Positions 34,700 through 37,880 of a DNA stretch of 37,880 nucleotides are shown in pieces. The position numbers and the translations under genes were made by a program. The notes below the pieces were generated by a model. The model searched no databases and had not been told where the DNA came from. It saw only the letters and a program-made list of their open reading frames with translations. This DNA comes from Verrucomicrobiota bacterium. GTDB taxonomy: Bacteria; Verrucomicrobiota; Kiritimatiellia; RFP12; UBA1067. Every line of letters starts with the position of its first letter. Positions within the stretch are counted from its first letter, which is position 1. The DNA lies in the NCBI GenBank assembly GCA_022704125.1, contig JAKJHA010000002.1, positions 1 to 37,880 on the forward strand, in the 5' to 3' direction.

Positions 34700-36075
34700 G
34701 CCGTCACCTCCGGTGTCGCCTCTGCCCAGCCGTCATACGCGCCGGTCGTGGCCATGCAGTAGCGTTTCCTGATCACGTCGCAGTAGCGCGGATCGATCTC
34801 CATTGCGAAACACCGCCGGTTCAACTGCTCGCATGCTAGTATCGTGCTGCCCGATCCCGCGAACGTGTCGAGCACCGTGCCGCCGCGCTTAGACGAGTTC
34901 CTGATCGCCTGCGCAGCCAGCGCGACCGGCTTCATGGTCGGATGCTCAGGGGACTTGCGGGGCTTGTCGAAGCGCCAGATGTCGGTTTTCGCCTTCTGCC
35001 GCCTGATTGTGCCCTCGACGCGTCCGGGAATGGCCACCTCGAAACCCATGAACCGGATCAGCGTCTGCCCGTCCTGTTCGATGGTCTGCACGGCCGTCAC
35101 ATTCTCCCACACGTTCGGCTCGTTTCTGTCGCTTGTGAAGAACTTGTCCTTTGTCCCCGCCCTCCACCCGTACAAGATCGGCTCAAACTGCTGCTGGTAA
35201 TCGCCGCGCCCGAGCGTGAACGTGTCCTTCACCCACACGATGTCGCTGGACCAGTAGCCGCCGGCCTCGACAAACGCCGCGCGAAGCACCGGCATCTCTT
35301 TCGTGCTCATGCAGACGTAGATCCCGCCCGCAGTAGCTCTCACGATCTGCCGCATCGACTCCCGCAACAACCGGGCGAACGCCTCCGGCGACATGTCGTC
35401 GTTGGCGATTTTGCCAGCCTCGCCCTCGTAGGCCACGTTGTACGGCGGGTCGGTGAAGCACATATCCATCTGGATTCCGCCAGTCAGCCTCTCCACGTCC
35501 GACGCCTGCGCCGCGTCGCCGCAAAGCAAGCGGTGCGCCCCGAGCTGGTACAACGCGCCACAGCGCGAAACAGGCGCGTCCGGGGCGATGTCGGGAGCCT
35601 CATCCTGCATGATCTGGCCGATGTCATCGAACGCCCGCAAGTCGGCAAGATCGAACCCGAGCCCGTCGAGTTCCTCAAACGAGTAGTCACGCGCCAACGC
35701 CTCGGCATCCCATTCGCCGGACATGCCGTCCGGGGCATTGTCGATCAGGATGAACCGACGCGCCTGCTCCGGCGTGATGTCGTCGGCTCTGACCACCCAG
35801 CCGTCAGGCAGCCGCTCCATGCCGAGGTTCATACAGGCTTGCAATCTCTGGTTGCCGCCGAGCACCGTGCCGTCGGCGTTGATCACGATAGGCCGCAACC
35901 GCATGAACTCCGGATCACGGCTAATCGATTCCTGCAAACGCTGCATCGCGCCCGCAGAGATCGTGCGCGGGTTGGTCGGATTAGGCGTGAGTTCGCCGAA
36001 TTGTGAGTTGATGGCCATGACTATGGCCGCGAGGTCAAGGACGGACACCCCGCGCGCGCGTTTTTTGCCGGACAA
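34696..36075 (-). CDS. ParB-like nuclease domain fused to a beta-class DPPY DNA methyltransferase (N6-adenine or N4-cytosine)
   Basis: N-terminal 'LTPNPTNPRTIS...LQESI...PIVI' (ParB/Srx). 'FTDPPYNVAYEG' precedes 'LDTFAGSGSTILA'. Start is TTG 36075 or ATG 36018. Confidence 0.85.
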   Translation of the reverse strand: MSGKKRARGVSVLDLAAIVMAINSQFGELTPNPTNPRTISAGAMQRLQESISRDPEFMRLRPIVINADGTVLGGNQRLQACMNLGMERLPDGWVVRADDITPEQARRFILIDNAPDGMSGEWDAEALARDYSFEELDGLGFDLADLRAFDDIGQIMQDEAPDIAPDAPVSRCGALYQLGAHRLLCGDAAQASDVERLTGGIQMDMCFTDPPYNVAYEGEAGKIANDDMSPEAFARLLRESMRQIVRATAGGIYVCMSTKEMPVLRAAFVEAGGYWSSDIVWVKDTFTLGRGDYQQQFEPILYGWRAGTKDKFFTSDRNEPNVWENVTAVQTIEQDGQTLIRFMGFEVAIPGRVEGTIRRQKAKTDIWRFDKPRKSPEHPTMKPVALAAQAIRNSSKRGGTVLDTFAGSGSTILACEQLNRRCFAMEIDPRYCDVIRKRYCMATTGAYDGWAEATPEVTA

Positions 36076-36094
36076 TGTGGACGCTCAACAGGGG

Positions 36095-36499
36095 CTATCC
36101 CTGTCGTAAGAACGAAAAAACCGGATGCTTGGCTACAAGCCGTTTTACTCTCCATGACACCGCCGCCCGTGTCAGCCCCTCACGTTTTGCCACCGCCGCC
36201 ATGCTCTCCCCCCGCATCAGTGCGCAGACAAGCCTCACGTCGTCATCGGCGAGCGTGACGAACTCATGCAGCACCCGGCGCGCCGCGTCGATGCCCGCCG
36301 GTTCCTTGTGACCGTCATGCTGGTCGGCTTCCTTCATCTGCTGTATCGATGCCGCCACCTCCCCGAGCGTCTGGGCATCATCACCCGCGTCGATGGAGAT
36401 GTGGCTGCGCCCCCGGTGGTTCGTGTCCGGCGGCCCCGCGCATGACAGGCAGATCGGGTTGCCAGTTCCGTTGTACGGGCATTTGTGGCACTCAGGCAT
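36095..36499 (-). CDS. Cys4 zinc-finger + sigma-70 region-4/LuxR-like HTH regulator
   Basis: ATG 36499 (8-nt overlap with the upstream gene). 'CHKCPYNGTGNPICLSC'. C-terminal HTH 'MRGESMAAVAKREGLTRAAVSWRVKRL'. Confidence 0.65.
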   Translation of the reverse strand: MPECHKCPYNGTGNPICLSCAGPPDTNHRGRSHISIDAGDDAQTLGEVAASIQQMKEADQHDGHKEPAGIDAARRVLHEFVTLADDDVRLVCALMRGESMAAVAKREGLTRAAVSWRVKRLVAKHPVFSFLRQG

Positions 36500-36959
36500 G
36501 GCGCGTGATCTCCCAGTCGCCTGGGCCGCGGCGCACCGCCCAGACAAACCCGAACTCGGGGAACGCCGCGACCGCCTCCCGGAACGCTGTCAGCGCGCGT
36601 CCCTGGCTGTGGAAGCGGTAGGCCCCCTTCACCTCGTGGAGCGTCATGCGCCCGTCCTCCACCGACACCCAGTCCGGCGTATACCGGCTCCCTCCCGGCA
36701 ATCTGAGCGTGACCGCCTCGTAGCGCCCCCGGCCGGACAGGAAACGGCGGTTGTACTCTGCCTCCGTCTTGTTCGGCTCCCTGCGCCGTTTTTTCGCCGC
36801 CGTGCCGCCTGCCGCCCTGCCGCCTGTCTCTTTGCCCGTCCCGCGCTCCGGCGCGTCCTGGGCGATTCTGGGCGCGTTCCTGCGCGTGTCCTCTTCCCGC
36901 AGCTTGCGCTCGACCTGGGCTCGCAGGTGGGGAGGCAGTTGATCGAGTCTTATCGCCAT
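36492..36959 (-). CDS. PD-(D/E)XK nuclease, DUF1064-like (possible resolvase)
   Basis: ATG 36959 preceded by GGAGG. 'NKTEAEYNRRFL', 'YTPDWV' and 'LHEVKG' match the D...E-x-K layout of DUF1064-type phage nucleases. Confidence 0.6.
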   Translation of the reverse strand: MAIRLDQLPPHLRAQVERKLREEDTRRNAPRIAQDAPERGTGKETGGRAAGGTAAKKRRREPNKTEAEYNRRFLSGRGRYEAVTLRLPGGSRYTPDWVSVEDGRMTLHEVKGAYRFHSQGRALTAFREAVAAFPEFGFVWAVRRGPGDWEITRHA

Positions 36960-37020
36960 GTCCGCACCTCCGTGTTTGGCCGTCCGGTCAAGCGCCCATC
37001 CCCCTTTAAGAATCCCGTAC

Positions 37021-37182
37021 AGAGGAAGAATATCAGAGTTCTTCCTCTAGTACTCTCTCTTGTAGAGAGTACCGCGCGCGCGTTGAACAGTGTTTTTTGT
37101 GTGTTCAACGCGCGCGCGCACGTACGCGTTGAACACTTTTCAAAACTGTTCATGAACACTGTTCGAACACTGTTCATGAACA
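37021..37182. promoter_or_regulatory. Palindrome-dense control region (operator / origin candidate)
   Basis: AGAGGAAGAA-N8-TTCTTCCTCT (37021-37048). GTACTCTCT-N5-AGAGAGTAC (about 37050-37072). 17-bp perfect IR CGCGCGCGCGTTGAACA-N12-TGTTCAACGCGCGCGCG (37073-37118). A third GCGTTGAACA. TGTTCATGAACA (37147-37158), TGTTCGAACA (37160-37169), TGTTCATGAACA (37171-37182). Confidence 0.7.
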
Positions 37183-37193
37183 GTTTGGGAAAA

Positions 37194-37880
37194 TCACTTG
37201 AAATCCGGGTCATAGAGCACCCCTTTCCATGTGTTCGTGTCCTTGTCGAACTCCAAGAAATCAAGCAGTCTGCGCTGCCGGAGCAACACGGACGCCTGCT
37301 TCAAAGTCAGCCCCATGCCGGCGTCGTTGGCCAGCTTCGCGACCGCCCGCGCCGCCTCCGAAGAGGTCCGCGCCTCGTCATCCCAGACGGCCGACATCGG
37401 CGGCATGCTCTCCAGCCCGATCCCGTCATACTTGCTAGGCCTGCGCGGCTTGGCCGGCTTCTTGGGGAACCCGGTCGGCATCGGTTCGGCCGGGAGCCAG
37501 CAGATGCCCGGCGCCGGCGCGTGCCGGATGTCCACCGACCGCGAGCACCCGCAGCGGTCGCCGCGCTTGGCGTGTTCGAGGGTGAACCGGTTGTCCTCGC
37601 CTTCCGCCCGCAGCAGGGTGGATGTCGCGCGCGCCCAGTTCGTCAACACCGACGAGCCGATGCCGAGGTACGCCAGATCCGCCCCCTTGTACTTGTTCTC
37701 ATCCGACTTCGGCGGCTTTCCGGTGTGGTGGATCACCACCAGCCCGCAGTCCGCGTCCTCGATGGCCGGCTGAACCTGGTTCTGCAGGAACCGGCTGCAA
37801 TCCTGCATCTTGGAGATCTCGCCGCCGATGTAAGAGAGAAGCGGATCGATCCACACGATGTCCGGCCTGTGCGTACGGCA
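37194..37880 (-). CDS. RecA-like (AAA_25/RepA-type) replication ATPase, 5-prime end outside the window
   Basis: The reading frame is open to the window edge. 'RPDIVWIDPLLSYIGG' and 'GLVVIHHTGKP' are typical of RepA/DnaB-like phage and plasmid helicase-loader ATPases. C-terminal winged-helix-like tail. Confidence 0.65.
   Translation of the reverse strand, partial: CRTHRPDIVWIDPLLSYIGGEISKMQDCSRFLQNQVQPAIEDADCGLVVIHHTGKPPKSDENKYKGADLAYLGIGSSVLTNWARATSTLLRAEGEDNRFTLEHAKRGDRCGCSRSVDIRHAPAPGICWLPAEPMPTGFPKKPAKPRRPSKYDGIGLESMPPMSAVWDDEARTSSEAARAVAKLANDAGMGLTLKQASVLLRQRRLLDFLEFDKDTNTWKGVLYDPDFK

Larger units (their letters stand above)
11540..37880 (-). mobile_element. Siphovirus-like prophage (or remnant), truncated by the right window edge
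   Basis: About 40 consecutive minus-strand genes in canonical order: replication, methyltransferases, TerS, TerL, portal, scaffold, capsid, neck, tail tube, tape measure, fibres, membrane/lipoprotein genes, accessory genes. Many ATGA/GTGA start-stop overlaps. The left limit is inferred from the last host-type REP unit (11528) and the first phage-like ORF (11601). No integrase lies in the window. Confidence 0.85.

Noticed and set aside
36950-37264. 104-aa minus-strand ORF across the palindrome cluster
   Set aside because: It translates stacked palindromes ('FMNSVRTVFMNSF'), overlaps the end of the ATPase gene and has no RBS.

Overview
High-GC bacterial window in two parts; all functional calls rest on motif recognition and gene order, since no similarity search was possible. 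(1) About 1-11,540 is chromosomal backbone that looks like a PVC-superphylum (Verrucomicrobia-like) genome. It carries tRNA-Asp(GTC) with its own promoter and terminator, a 1090-aa tricorn-like beta-propeller/PDZ/S41 protease, a TAT-signal Gfo/Idh/MocA oxidoreductase, a secreted HEAT-repeat protein, Mfd, and a small GGQ-motif ArfB/ICT1-like hydrolase. The intergenic spaces hold structured repeats: TTAGGAG heptamer arrays, dual-hairpin REP-like units, nested palindromes and inverted hexamer arrays. (2) About 11,540-37,880 is a siphovirus-like prophage that runs off the right edge, with every gene on the minus strand. In transcription order it encodes a RecA-like replication ATPase (partial), a palindrome-dense control region, a DUF1064-like PD-(D/E)XK nuclease and a Zn-finger/HTH regulator. 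Next come a ParB-fused DPPY methyltransferase, a C5-cytosine methyltransferase, TerS, TerL, portal, scaffold and major capsid. These are followed by a MuF/SPP1-gp7 head protein with a C-terminal nuclease-toxin-like domain, neck proteins, a tail tube candidate, tape measure and fibre genes. The element ends with membrane/lipoprotein (lysis-like) genes and a low-GC accessory cassette. Four things deserve most attention. (a) A start/stop-coupled operon (14,855-19,203) has tail-fibre-like proteins carrying Sec-type signal peptides and ends in a small polytopic membrane protein whose Cys/Arg/His pattern resembles the exosortase/archaeosortase catalytic core. (b) A 370-bp non-coding island lies between convergent terminators just downstream of the MuF-toxin gene and may encode a plus-strand structured RNA. 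(c) The accessory cassette is driven by a consensus promoter with an embedded perfect 22-bp palindrome. (d) No endolysin, integrase or repressor is recognisable inside the window.
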